32,000 nt of DNA from Candidatus Atelocyanobacterium thalassa isolate ALOHA (GCF_000025125.1 NC_013771.1:420001-452000); one strand, 5' to 3'. Shown: positions 18,986 to 30,037, counted from the first letter of the stretch. The notes: generated from the letters alone by a model not told the origin. Program-made: numbers and translations.

Positions 18986-19713
18986 AGGCGTTTTTTAATG
19001 TTTCTCTATATGATATAAATGAGTTACGATCAATTTAGATACGAGCTCTTGAATGAGCTATCTGCTATTGTAATAATTTTTTAGCAAATCATGCTTACTT
19101 TGACCATAGATTTAGTGTCGACTTTAAACTATTTATCTGTATCATAATTTTACTTTAAAGTTAGGTACCAAATAACAACTTTTGTAAAATCCTAAAGTAT
19201 AAATATTTATTGTAAGACAACTATACATTAATCAATAACTTTAGTGAAAATAAAGTCATAATATTTCAAATAATAATTTGAAATTAATGAATAGAAGGTA
19301 AACCTTTAGTAATAGAGTTACATAATTTTGCTTTGAAATTAATCTTTTAAATACAATACCTCATTTCTGGCTAGAATAATTAATTTTATGTTTGATATTT
19401 TTTAAATTAAACTAGATAAAGCAAATTAATATTCTTCTTAATAATAAACTCTCAATTAAGATCACTTAGTTAATAATAGTTGTAAACATAGTCTTTCTTT
19501 GATTGACATTTTAATATTTTACTTGTTTAGCTTAAATTTTATAAAAAACGAATGCTTAGATTTTTTGAATATTTTAATTGAGAAATAAGATAAGGACGCT
19601 AACATACACTATCCAAAAAATTAAATAATTTTATAAATTTATTGAAAAATAAAACTTCAGTGACAATAAACCGTTACTCTAGACTGAAGAAAAACTATAG
19701 GAGTAATGCCTTC

Positions 19714-21003
19714 GTGACTATCAAAATTGGTTTGTTAGGTTTGGGAGTAGTTGGAACAGGAGCTGCAAAAATTATACTTGATCCTTCAGGTCGTAATTCT
19801 CTTGTAAAAGATATTTCCATAGTAAAAATAGGAGTAAAATCAGCCAATAAACCTCGTCAGATAGATTTACCCCCAAATGTAATTGAAACTGATTTAGAAA
19901 ATATAGTTAACAATCCTGATATAGATATTGTGGTTGAATTGTTAGGTGGTTTAGAGCCAGCTAGAACACTTATCTTGAAAGCTATTGCTAACAAAAAACA
20001 TATTGTTACTGCAAATAAGGCAGTCATGGCACTTTATGGAGATGAAATCTACAAAAAAGCTTGTATAGCTGGTGTCTATGTTTTATTAGAAGCTGCCGTT
20101 GGAGGAGGTATTCCTATCGTAAAAGCTTTAAAACAATCTTTAAGTGCTAACCGTATTGAAAGTATTGTCGGCATAGTCAATGGTACTACAAATTATATTT
20201 TGACAAAAATGGCTTCTGAAGGAACTGACTTTGAAAAAGTTTTGATGGAAGCACAAAAATTAGGGTATGCAGAGGCTGATCCAAGTGCTGATATTGATGG
20301 ATTGGATGCAGCTGATAAAATTACTATCCTGGCTTCATTAGGATTTGGAATGCAAATAAATAGACATGACATCTATTATGAAGGTATTCGTGGAATTAAC
20401 TCTATAGATATAAAATATGCTAAACAATTAGGATTCGTAATAAAACTATTAGCAATTGCAAAAAAAGTAACAAACAATACTTCAGAAAAATTACAATTAA
20501 CAGTACATCCTACTTTAGTACCAGAAGAACATCCCTTAGCTCATGTAGATGGAGTATATAATGCAGTTCTAGTGGAAGGAGACCCTTTGGGAGAAGTCAT
20601 GTTTTTAGGGCAAGGTGCTGGTTCTGGACCTACAGCAAGTGCAGTAGTTTCTGATATCGTAAATATCGTAGATGCTCTCAAAAACAATAGGACTGTCAGT
20701 TCTTCATTAGATTATATTAACAGTGATTTATATAAGATAACTCCTATAGAGTCGGTTAAAACTCGCTTTTATGTTCGTTTTCTTAGCAAAGATTTACCTG
20801 GCGTTATAGGACATCTAGGAACAATATTTGGTGAGTATAGTGTTAGTCTAAAGTCAGTTGTACAAATCGGTTTGCAAAAAAAATTAGCTGAAATTGTTAT
20901 TATTACTTATCATGTTGATGAAGGCTCTTTGCGTGCTGCTCTTGATAAAATTAGTACTTTAGATGCTATTGACTCTATTCCTAGTATCTTAAGAGTTTTA
21001 TAA
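19714..21003 (+). CDS. hom: Homoserine dehydrogenase
   Basis: IKIGLLGLGVVGTG Rossmann N-terminus, TANKA, VGGGIPI, GIVNGTTNYILT, GYAEADPS.DI.G.DAA.K, and a C-terminal ACT domain. I favour GTG at 19714, preceded by TAGGAG about 10 nt upstream. The ORF track TTG at 19642 would add a non-conserved 24-aa extension. Confidence 0.9.
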   Translation: MTIKIGLLGLGVVGTGAAKIILDPSGRNSLVKDISIVKIGVKSANKPRQIDLPPNVIETDLENIVNNPDIDIVVELLGGLEPARTLILKAIANKKHIVTANKAVMALYGDEIYKKACIAGVYVLLEAAVGGGIPIVKALKQSLSANRIESIVGIVNGTTNYILTKMASEGTDFEKVLMEAQKLGYAEADPSADIDGLDAADKITILASLGFGMQINRHDIYYEGIRGINSIDIKYAKQLGFVIKLLAIAKKVTNNTSEKLQLTVHPTLVPEEHPLAHVDGVYNAVLVEGDPLGEVMFLGQGAGSGPTASAVVSDIVNIVDALKNNRTVSSSLDYINSDLYKITPIESVKTRFYVRFLSKDLPGVIGHLGTIFGEYSVSLKSVVQIGLQKKLAEIVIITYHVDEGSLRAALDKISTLDAIDSIPSILRVL

Positions 21004-21336
21004 AAATTAATAGAACTAAATATGTGGTGAAAGAATAAGATGTTTATATTTTGGTAAAATTATTGTAAAGCTATATACAAGCTAGTACTATCTAATACAT
21101 AATATATATTTAAAGTTATCTTAACTACGAAATAAATAACTCTATATGCATTTCATAAATAATAGCAAAAACACCATGCAAAATATATGATTAATCCTTG
21201 AAGTCTTGTCTTCTAATAATTTTTGTAGAAAATAAAAAAGCCCGAAATAATAGATTTGTAATAAATGACTTTATAATATTTTTGTTAGTTCTTTTTTAAT
21301 ATTGTTCAAAGAAGCTCAATCTTATTTAGCTAACTC

Positions 21337-23073
21337 ATGCAGTCTTATTTAAATTCTCAACATTTTTATAAATGGATAAAATCACGAAAATTTAATATCG
21401 ATAATAATAATAATAACTATGCTCTAATAGAAGCGTGCATCATAGGTATACTCTCGGCTATTGCTGCTCTACTTTTAAAGCAAGGGGTAGGCTATTTAGG
21501 TAGTTGGCGTATTATATTAGTCAATAACTTTGGAGCTATATGGATATTGCCTTGTGGAGGCTTAGCCCTAGGTTACTTATCTGGTTGGCTAATTGAAAAA
21601 GTCTCCCCAACTGCAGCTGGTGGAGGAATAGCACAAGTTAAAGCAACTCTTTATAGATATCCTATTCCACTGTCTCTAAAAGTAGCAATTGTTAAGCTAA
21701 TTGGTACTATTTTAGTTTTAGGATCAGGATCAATTCTTGGTCGTCGTGCTCCTACTGTTCATATTGGGGCTGCCTTAGCAGCGCAACTTAATAGTTGGTT
21801 TCCTACCTCTCCTGAACGCAGAAGACAAATGATTGCTGCAGGAGCAGCAGCAGGATTAGCAGCTGGTTTTACCACACCTATAGCAGGAGTACTCTTTGTT
21901 GTAGAAGAATTAATGCAAGATGTTTCTGGATTAACTTTGGAAACATCTATTGTCGCTTCATTTACAGGAGCTGTAGTTTCGCTACTTCTTCAATCATCAA
22001 CACTTAATTTTCCCTCACCTTTATTAAAACTTCCTAATATTAATTTTTCAGTATCTGAAATTCCGTTTTATTTACTTCTAGGTATCTTAGCAGGAGTTTT
22101 AGGAGCTTTATTTAATAAAGGTCTATTATTTAGTCTAAAAATACAACATAATTTTAATTTATCTTTATCTGCGCGTATTGGATTATCAGGTATGCTTTCA
22201 GGTATTATAATAGCTGTTTTACCTCCTTTTTTCCAAGATAATGCCGGGTTAAGAATTGTATTAGTAACAGGAGGATTAAGCGGAGAAAAAATTTTACTAG
22301 TATTTATAGCCCATTTTTTTTTAACAATGCTTGCTTATAGTGCTAATACTCCTGGCGGTTTGTTTAGCCCTGCTCTAGTTTTAGGCTCAGCACTAGGCTA
22401 TTTAGTTGGGGATTTTGAAGCATTTTTAACAGGTACTGGATCAGAATCTACTTACGCATTAGTAGGAATGGGAGCTTTCTTTACAGCCGTAGTAAGAGTT
22501 CCTATTACTGCTATTGTTTTTGTTTTTGAACTTAATACAGACTTTAATATTGTACTTCCATTGATGGTTACTTGTGCAACATCATACATAATTGCCGAGA
22601 ATGTTTCCAGGGGGTCTTTATATAATAATATGTTAGAGGCTTTAGGTATTAACAACACTGAAAAATTAATCTCACAAAACTTAAGTCATGAATTAACGGC
22701 ATCTCAAATAATGCAACCTAAGGTCGAAGTATTATCTAGTTATTTAACATTAGATGATGTGCTTAAAAAAATGATGATATCAACTCATCGGGGTTTTCCT
22801 GTAGTAAGTGATGGAAAATTAGTAGGAATTATTACTCAAATAGATTTAAGAAAATTATCCCATATTCCATTAAGTACTCCTCTGTCAGATTTTATGAATC
22901 CCAATCCTTTAACTATAAAAGCAGATGCATCTTTAAGTGATATTTTACATGTTCTTAACCATCATCAATTTTCTCGAGTTCCCGTTATTGAAGGAAATAA
23001 AATAGTAGGAATAATAACTAGGACAGATATTATTAATATCAAAGCAAACAAAGTAGAAAAAAATTTTTTTTAG
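21337..23073 (+). CDS. ClC-family chloride channel/antiporter homolog with two C-terminal CBS domains (atypical selectivity-filter residues)
   Basis: Collinear by eye with E. coli ClC-ec1: AGAAAGLAAGFTTPIAGVLFVVEEL, PGGLFSPALVLG, GMGAFFTAVVRVPITAIVFVFELN. Two CBS repeats at the C-terminus (..GFPVVSDGKLVGIITQIDL.. and ..SRVPVIEGNKIVGIITRTDI..). See the finding for the motif substitutions. Confidence 0.9.
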   Translation: MQSYLNSQHFYKWIKSRKFNIDNNNNNYALIEACIIGILSAIAALLLKQGVGYLGSWRIILVNNFGAIWILPCGGLALGYLSGWLIEKVSPTAAGGGIAQVKATLYRYPIPLSLKVAIVKLIGTILVLGSGSILGRRAPTVHIGAALAAQLNSWFPTSPERRRQMIAAGAAAGLAAGFTTPIAGVLFVVEELMQDVSGLTLETSIVASFTGAVVSLLLQSSTLNFPSPLLKLPNINFSVSEIPFYLLLGILAGVLGALFNKGLLFSLKIQHNFNLSLSARIGLSGMLSGIIIAVLPPFFQDNAGLRIVLVTGGLSGEKILLVFIAHFFLTMLAYSANTPGGLFSPALVLGSALGYLVGDFEAFLTGTGSESTYALVGMGAFFTAVVRVPITAIVFVFELNTDFNIVLPLMVTCATSYIIAENVSRGSLYNNMLEALGINNTEKLISQNLSHELTASQIMQPKVEVLSSYLTLDDVLKKMMISTHRGFPVVSDGKLVGIITQIDLRKLSHIPLSTPLSDFMNPNPLTIKADASLSDILHVLNHHQFSRVPVIEGNKIVGIITRTDIINIKANKVEKNFF

Positions 23074-23088
23074 TTATGGAATTAATTA

Positions 23089-23152
23089 CTATTGTTTATT
23101 TTGTAGAGCTTGAGAGAACAAATATTCAACAATAGAATACTTTTGTTTTTTT
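23089..23152 (+). terminator. Probable intrinsic terminator after the ClC gene
   Basis: ctattgtt (23089-23096) pairs with aacaatag (23128-23135), with extra imperfect pairing inside. It is followed by cttttgttttttt. Confidence 0.4.
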
Positions 23153-23424
23153 AGAATTTCAGTAGAAACTTTTCTCTAAATTGATTATTAGTTGATTAAT
23201 ATAAAGTTTAATTACATACTGAAACTTTTACATTTTATAATTTTAAATTAATTAAATTATATCTTTGTCAAAGCTTTTTTAAGATCAATTTTTAAATATT
23301 TTAAAATACCTACTCTTAGATAAGATTTGAAGCATTATCTTGACTAAATTTAGTAAAAATATATCAGACAATTAATGTATTTGATACAAGATTTAAAAAC
23401 TTATTGTTATGGTTAAAAGTTAGA

Positions 23425-23913
23425 TTAAATATTGTTTTTTAATCCCGATAATCCTGCATATGCTATGGCAATTGCGTCTACACTATCATCAATTGGGATT
23501 GTTTGTAGGTTGAATAGCTGGCTAACAGTTTGTGCTACGCTATCTTTTGTGGCTCTTCCACTTCCTATATGACGTTTCCAACTAGCCTGATGAAGAAAAA
23601 CTGGTTGAATTTGTGTTTCTCTATAACAAACTAAATTAATTACTCCTACTGCTTGTATTACTCCACCAGCAGCTTTAATAGTACGATTGAAAAAAGGCAT
23701 TTCAATCGAAATACCATAAAAATTAAATTCATTCAGTAACTCTACTAAATCATGCTCAATTTCTAAAAGTCTTTGGGATGTTGATAACTTTTTACTTGTT
23801 TGAATAACTCCATAGTCAACAATTAACGGGATTGTTTTTGTATGAGCTTTTAAGATTGCCCACCCAGTTATAGCAAGTCCTGGATCAATTCCTAGCCAGA
23901 TTCTGTCAGACAT
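23425..23913 (-). CDS. ruvC: Crossover junction endodeoxyribonuclease RuvC
   Basis: IWLGIDPGLAITGWAIL (catalytic Asp), and near the C-terminus DSVDAIAIAYAG. Size of 162 aa is typical. Confidence 0.92.
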   Translation of the reverse strand: MSDRIWLGIDPGLAITGWAILKAHTKTIPLIVDYGVIQTSKKLSTSQRLLEIEHDLVELLNEFNFYGISIEMPFFNRTIKAAGGVIQAVGVINLVCYRETQIQPVFLHQASWKRHIGSGRATKDSVAQTVSQLFNLQTIPIDDSVDAIAIAYAGLSGLKNNI

Positions 23914-24234
23914 TTTATTTTAATTACAATAAATAAAAATGAAAACTAATATAAATAGCTGATATTCTAACTCAGTAAATGAAATAAACTCTAGTAGTTT
24001 ATTTTTATAAAAATATAATATTACTATGTTAAATTTATTTGAATGAAGTTAAAATTATTGTTTTCAAACGGATAGAACATTGATTATTTTATATTAATTA
24101 TAAATAAGAATTATCTGATTATATAAGAGACAAAGCTACGGTTTATTCCATTATTTTTTAACAAGATCTTTTGATAATTTTACAAATACTATTATTCTTA
24201 ACAGTGAAAAATTTTCAAATTTAGATTAAGAATT

Positions 24235-24250
24235 GTTCGGATATCCTCAC
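24235..24250 (+). promoter_or_regulatory. K-box-like element upstream of groEL
   Basis: GTTCGG-ATAT-CCTCAC exactly fits the consensus I recall for the cyanobacterial groE light/heat-responsive K-box (GTTCGG-NNAN-CCNNAC). The consensus is from memory and was not checked. Confidence 0.45.
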
Positions 24251-24257
24251 CTTCATA

Positions 24258-24286
24258 TTACAGACTCCCACACTATTTTTATTATG
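24258..24286 (+). promoter_or_regulatory. Candidate sigma70-type promoter for groEL
   Basis: TTACAG (24258-24263) - 16 nt - TATTAT (24280-24285). It lies just downstream of the K-box-like motif and about 35 nt upstream of CIRCE. This is pattern matching only in AT-rich DNA. Confidence 0.25.
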
Positions 24287-24320
24287 TGAAAAAAACTTTT
24301 CTAATCTCTTGCTTTAAGCA

Positions 24321-24347
24321 TTAGCACTCACACCATAAGAGTGCTAA
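24321..24347 (+). promoter_or_regulatory. CIRCE operator (HrcA binding site)
   Basis: TTAGCACTC-acaccataa-GAGTGCTAA is a perfect match to the CIRCE consensus TTAGCACTC-N9-GAGTGCTAA. It lies 132 nt upstream of the groEL ATG. Confidence 0.85.
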
Positions 24348-24428
24348 ATTAACACTAATGGAAAAAAACTAAAATTACAAACTTTTGCTATGAAGATTAC
24401 TTGTAGCATTTAGATTAATTAGTTTTAA

Positions 24429-26183
<1,755 letters not shown>

Positions 26184-26230
26184 AACCATATTACTTTTTA
26201 GGCTAGTTCTTATTTATAATTACTTAAATT

Positions 26231-26283
26231 TTCAAGGGTTTTATTGTATTTTTAATACAATAAAACCCTTGAAAGCTTTTTTA
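26231..26283. terminator. Strong intrinsic terminator after groEL (possibly bidirectional)
   Basis: Perfect 20-bp stem: ttcaagggttttattgtatt (26231-26250) pairs with aatacaataaaacccttgaa (26254-26273). It is followed by agctttttt. Confidence 0.75.
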
Positions 26284-26402
26284 TATATAACAACATCTTC
26301 ACTGAGACTAAAATATATTATTTATGTACTAACCAATAATCTCAAAAATATATTTCAATATATGGGTTAGTTAATTAAGGTAAATAAAAAAATATAAATT
26401 TT

Positions 26403-27284
26403 TTAAATTCTAGATATCAGCTCATCTTTCAAAAGCCAAAATCCACTAAACAATTCCACATCAGGACTAGGCTGAATAGCAAGAAAATGAATTCCCTTAG
26501 AATTTTCTTTTTTTCTCTCAAAGTTTTTAGCTTCTTGGATCAATCTAATATCATTTAAATTAATTAATACTGATTTGTCATTTAATCCTGTTTCCAAATA
26601 GAGGGTTGAACTATTTTTTCTGTCAAATCTTAATGAAACTAACTCAAAACCAGATAACCAAGCCGCAATTGGAAGAGCTCTTGGAGAGAAGAAAACTAAA
26701 CCAGGAATTATAGTGTGTGAAGATAAACCATATGGCGATATTGCATAATTTTCTCCAAACCCGATATCCCACTCATCTATATGATTAAAATCAGAAACTT
26801 TTAAGTCAACACAAAAGTATTTACTGAACTGGTTATCTTTTAAAGTATCAGGCAAGGATACCATTTGAGAGTCTGTATCAGTTCTATTTATAGTAGAAAC
26901 TGTGTTGTTAATCCGATTTTTTACAAGTTTAAATTGTTTTTCTCTTTTATCTATCCAATAATTAAGAGCAAATGTTCTACGACTTGGAATAGCCTCAATT
27001 TCTGCATCTTTACAGGCTTTTATTATCATATTTTGCATCTGAAAGCGAAAAAAACGAATTAAGTCTGGACTTTCTCCTGCTTTTTTCATTGCCTTTTCAA
27101 TAGCTTGACGCAACCAAATAGAGTTAACAGTACTGGAAGGACAAAGCTGAGAAAATTTAAAACAATCGTTAAATGATTTATTAGAGTACATGGGAGTTTC
27201 ACAAATCAAAACTTCCCATAATTTTTTATTATGTTTAAAGAAGTTTGGACGTGAATAAAAATCTAATTCCCATATTTTTTTCAT
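26403..27284 (-). CDS. Tab2/ATAB2 homolog (DUF1092 RNA-binding protein)
   Basis: N-terminus KIWELDFYSRP....KKLWEVLICE and C-terminal FSGFWLLKD are the pattern I recall for cyanobacterial Tab2-like proteins. The ATG at 27284 with AAGGTGG upstream is preferred over the GTG at 27290. Confidence 0.8.
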   Translation of the reverse strand: MKKIWELDFYSRPNFFKHNKKLWEVLICETPMYSNKSFNDCFKFSQLCPSSTVNSIWLRQAIEKAMKKAGESPDLIRFFRFQMQNMIIKACKDAEIEAIPSRRTFALNYWIDKREKQFKLVKNRINNTVSTINRTDTDSQMVSLPDTLKDNQFSKYFCVDLKVSDFNHIDEWDIGFGENYAISPYGLSSHTIIPGLVFFSPRALPIAAWLSGFELVSLRFDRKNSSTLYLETGLNDKSVLINLNDIRLIQEAKNFERKKENSKGIHFLAIQPSPDVELFSGFWLLKDELISRI

Positions 27285-27301
27285 AACCACCTTGTGAATT
27301 C

Positions 27302-28303
27302 TTAATTAATAATTTCGCGTACTCTATAAATTGGACGTTTTTGTGATTCGTGATAAGTACGCATTACTAATTCTGCTAATAAACCAAAACTCAGTAATTG
27401 AACTCCTGCTAAAATTAATAATACAGAAAAGATTAAGAGAGGACGTACTCCAATATTTTGCCCTAAAATTTTAATCATTGTTAAATAAATACCGCTAGAT
27501 AAGCCAAAAATCATTAGTGTCAGTCCCAATGAACCAAAAATATGCATTGGACGAGTTAAAAATTTTTTTATAAAAAGAATAGTGAATAAATCCATGATAA
27601 CGGCGAATGTTCTTCCCAGTCCATATTTGCTCACTCCAAAACGACGAGGATTATGATTTACAGGTAGCTCAGTGATTCTAGCTCCTTCTATATAAGCTAA
27701 AACTGGTATGAAACGATGTAATTCTCCATATAAATTCATGTCTGCTACTAACTCTGATCGATAAGCCTTCAATGAACAGCCATAATCATGAAGACTTATA
27801 CCCGTTAATTGAGCAATAAGTATATTAGCAATTTTTGAAGGAAGAAGACGTGTGAAAGTATTGTCTTGCCTATTATTACGCCAACCACTGACTAAATCAT
27901 AACCTTCATTCAACTTAGCAATAAGGCGAGGAATATCTGCTGGATCATTTTGCATGTCTCCGTCTAAACTAATAATTATATTACCTCTAGCATTTTCAAA
28001 TCCTGCTGCCATAGCAGGCGTTTGGCCATAATTACGACGTAAAACAATAGCTCTTAGATCTTGCCTTTTTTTTGCCAGTTGTTTAAGAATACTTGTAGAT
28101 CCATCTTTAGAACCATCATCAATACAAATAATTTCATACGAATATTCGCTAATCAAAGCGTTAGAAACATTGTTTACTAAAGTTTCCAATGTATCTCTTT
28201 CATTAAAAATTGGGATAACTACAGATACAGTGACAGAGTTTTGAGATGAATTAGATATTATAGATTCCATGTTTTGTGTATTAATATTTTTTATCCTACT
28301 CAT
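27302..28303 (-). CDS. GT2 polyprenyl-phosphate glycosyltransferase (GtrB / DPM1 / ArnC-like) with two C-terminal TM helices
   Basis: VSVVIPIFNE, IICIDDGSKDGS, RNYGQTPAMAAGF, ISLDGDMQNDP, then two hydrophobic C-terminal helices. Its start overlaps the upstream GT2 gene by 8 nt. Confidence 0.85.
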   Translation of the reverse strand: MSRIKNINTQNMESIISNSSQNSVTVSVVIPIFNERDTLETLVNNVSNALISEYSYEIICIDDGSKDGSTSILKQLAKKRQDLRAIVLRRNYGQTPAMAAGFENARGNIIISLDGDMQNDPADIPRLIAKLNEGYDLVSGWRNNRQDNTFTRLLPSKIANILIAQLTGISLHDYGCSLKAYRSELVADMNLYGELHRFIPVLAYIEGARITELPVNHNPRRFGVSKYGLGRTFAVIMDLFTILFIKKFLTRPMHIFGSLGLTLMIFGLSSGIYLTMIKILGQNIGVRPLLIFSVLLILAGVQLLSFGLLAELVMRTYHESQKRPIYRVREIIN

Positions 28304-29267
28304 AACTCATTTTTGAGTGAGATAAATACGCCATTCTTTTAACTTCTAATCGGCCACGAGCTACAGAATCAAGAATTAAGCCACAAGTAAAACTGAGAAA
28401 AGCAAGTAACATTATAGCAACAGTTAAAATAGCTGTTGGCAATCTAGGGACTAGCCCTGTACTTAAATAAGTTGTAATTAGAGGAAATCCAATCATAATT
28501 GATAACATTCCCAAAATAGAAGAAATAATGCTAAAGAAGAAAAAAGGCTTCACTTCTTTAAAAAGTAATATAGCAGTTCCTAGAACTCTCCATCCATCAG
28601 TCAATGTTTTTAATTTGCTCTCTGAGCCTGGGGGTCTAGAGCCATAAACGGTATATTCTTCTATAAAAGGAATCTTTAACTCTAGAGTATGAATTGTAAG
28701 TTCAGTTTCAATTTCAAAGCCAGATGAAAAAGCTGGAAATGATTTAACAAATCTACGAGAAAATATACGATATCCCGAAAGCATATCTTTAAGCTTTGCG
28801 CCAAATAAAAGTTTAACAACTCCAGTAAGAAAAATATTCCCACTACGATGTCCTAATCGATATGCTTGTTTATCAGTAATTGTAGAGTGGCGAGCTCCAA
28901 CAACCATGTCAAGTTGTTCAGAAGTTAATTTTGAAATGAGAAATGATATTGCTTCTATTTCATATGTATTATCCCCATCCACCAATATATATATATCCGC
29001 TTCAACGTCAGCAAACATTCTTCGCACAACATTACCTTTGCCTGGCTGAGGTTCATATCGAACTATAGCACCGGCTTTCTTAGCTTGAGATACAGTATCG
29101 TCGGTAGAAAGATTATCATAAACATAAATCTTAGCGTCCGGTAGCTCTTGACGAAATTGATTTACTACATTACCAATAGTTAAGCTCTCATCTTTACAAG
29201 GAATCAACACTGCTAAACGATTACAGGTGTGAGTAATATTTGTAAATAAAGGTTGATGCTCTGACAT
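28296..29267 (-). CDS. GT2 glycosyltransferase (GtrB/DPM1-like paralog) with C-terminal TM helices
   Basis: LAVLIPCKDE, IYVYDNLSTDDT, GKGNVVRRMF, ILVDGDNTY, and C-terminal TM helices. It lies in tandem with, and overlaps, the next GT2 gene. Confidence 0.85.
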   Translation of the reverse strand: MSEHQPLFTNITHTCNRLAVLIPCKDESLTIGNVVNQFRQELPDAKIYVYDNLSTDDTVSQAKKAGAIVRYEPQPGKGNVVRRMFADVEADIYILVDGDNTYEIEAISFLISKLTSEQLDMVVGARHSTITDKQAYRLGHRSGNIFLTGVVKLLFGAKLKDMLSGYRIFSRRFVKSFPAFSSGFEIETELTIHTLELKIPFIEEYTVYGSRPPGSESKLKTLTDGWRVLGTAILLFKEVKPFFFFSIISSILGMLSIMIGFPLITTYLSTGLVPRLPTAILTVAIMLLAFLSFTCGLILDSVARGRLEVKRMAYLSHSKMSYE

Positions 29268-29371
29268 TTGTTGTATGTATATTTAAATATTGTTTAAGTG
29301 ACTTTTGTCATTATTCAAAGTTCCATTAGACCATAAATAATAAAGTCTTAGGATGATTTTTCAAACTACGG

Positions 29372-30037
29372 TTAAAGTTGTAGAAATGTAGATTTTTTAT
29401 TTTTTAAATTTTTACTAATTTGTTTAAAAATATCACGGCGGAGGTAAGGATATTTTCCTACCCATAAATTATGTTGAGGTAGATAAACATCTGTTGTTTT
29501 AGCAATACGACTCAAATTAGATACCTGAGAAAGAACCAACATTTCTGCAAAATCGCCAGGCCTAACGGATTGAAAAAGCTTATCAATAGGTGTCTTTACT
29601 GTTGTCTTGAATCCTTTATTATCTCCCACTTCAATATTAATTAATCGCCTCTTATTTTTGATAATAATTAATTCTCCAAATTTATTAACAGTTTGTTCTT
29701 CTCTAACAAGTTCCTCAGTAGTAAAAATATCTAATACTCTTCCTCGCCAAAAGCCGCAATATTGATAATTTAGGCAACTCATATTTTTAATGCTAGCCCA
29801 TAAAATAGGCGCCCACAACCAATAAGACCCAGTAATAATATAAAAAACGAATTGTATGGTCAACCATCCTGAGACAAGCAATGTTCCTAGTAACCAGGCC
29901 ATTATTAACAGAACTAAAGATAGGAACAATCGTTGCAACAAATCACGCCATTTACCCCAATAAAAGGAATATTGGGTTCCAGTAGCGACAAGGGGAATTA
30001 GTTGCTTAAAAGCTTTACGAGTTAAGGGAACTAACAT
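29372..30037 (-). CDS. Conserved-looking hypothetical membrane protein (2 N-terminal TM helices plus a soluble C-terminal domain of about 130 aa)
   Basis: 221-aa ORF that fills its gap on the same strand as the flanking genes. Hydrophobic segments are LFLSLVLLIMAWLLGTLLVSGWL and FVFYIITGSYWLWAPILWASI. I cannot assign a family with confidence. Confidence 0.6.
   Translation of the reverse strand: MLVPLTRKAFKQLIPLVATGTQYSFYWGKWRDLLQRLFLSLVLLIMAWLLGTLLVSGWLTIQFVFYIITGSYWLWAPILWASIKNMSCLNYQYCGFWRGRVLDIFTTEELVREEQTVNKFGELIIIKNKRRLINIEVGDNKGFKTTVKTPIDKLFQSVRPGDFAEMLVLSQVSNLSRIAKTTDVYLPQHNLWVGKYPYLRRDIFKQISKNLKNKKSTFLQL

Noticed and set aside
18181-19713. tRNA, tmRNA, RNase P, 6S or SRP RNA genes in the long spacers
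   Set aside because: No GC-enriched, structured segment of appropriate length is visible in any spacer. The spacers are uniformly AT-rich. This was not verified with tRNAscan or Infernal.
22452-22658. 68-aa - strand ORF
   Set aside because: It is antisense within the ClC gene.
26865-27062. 65-aa + strand ORF
   Set aside because: It is antisense within the Tab2 homolog.
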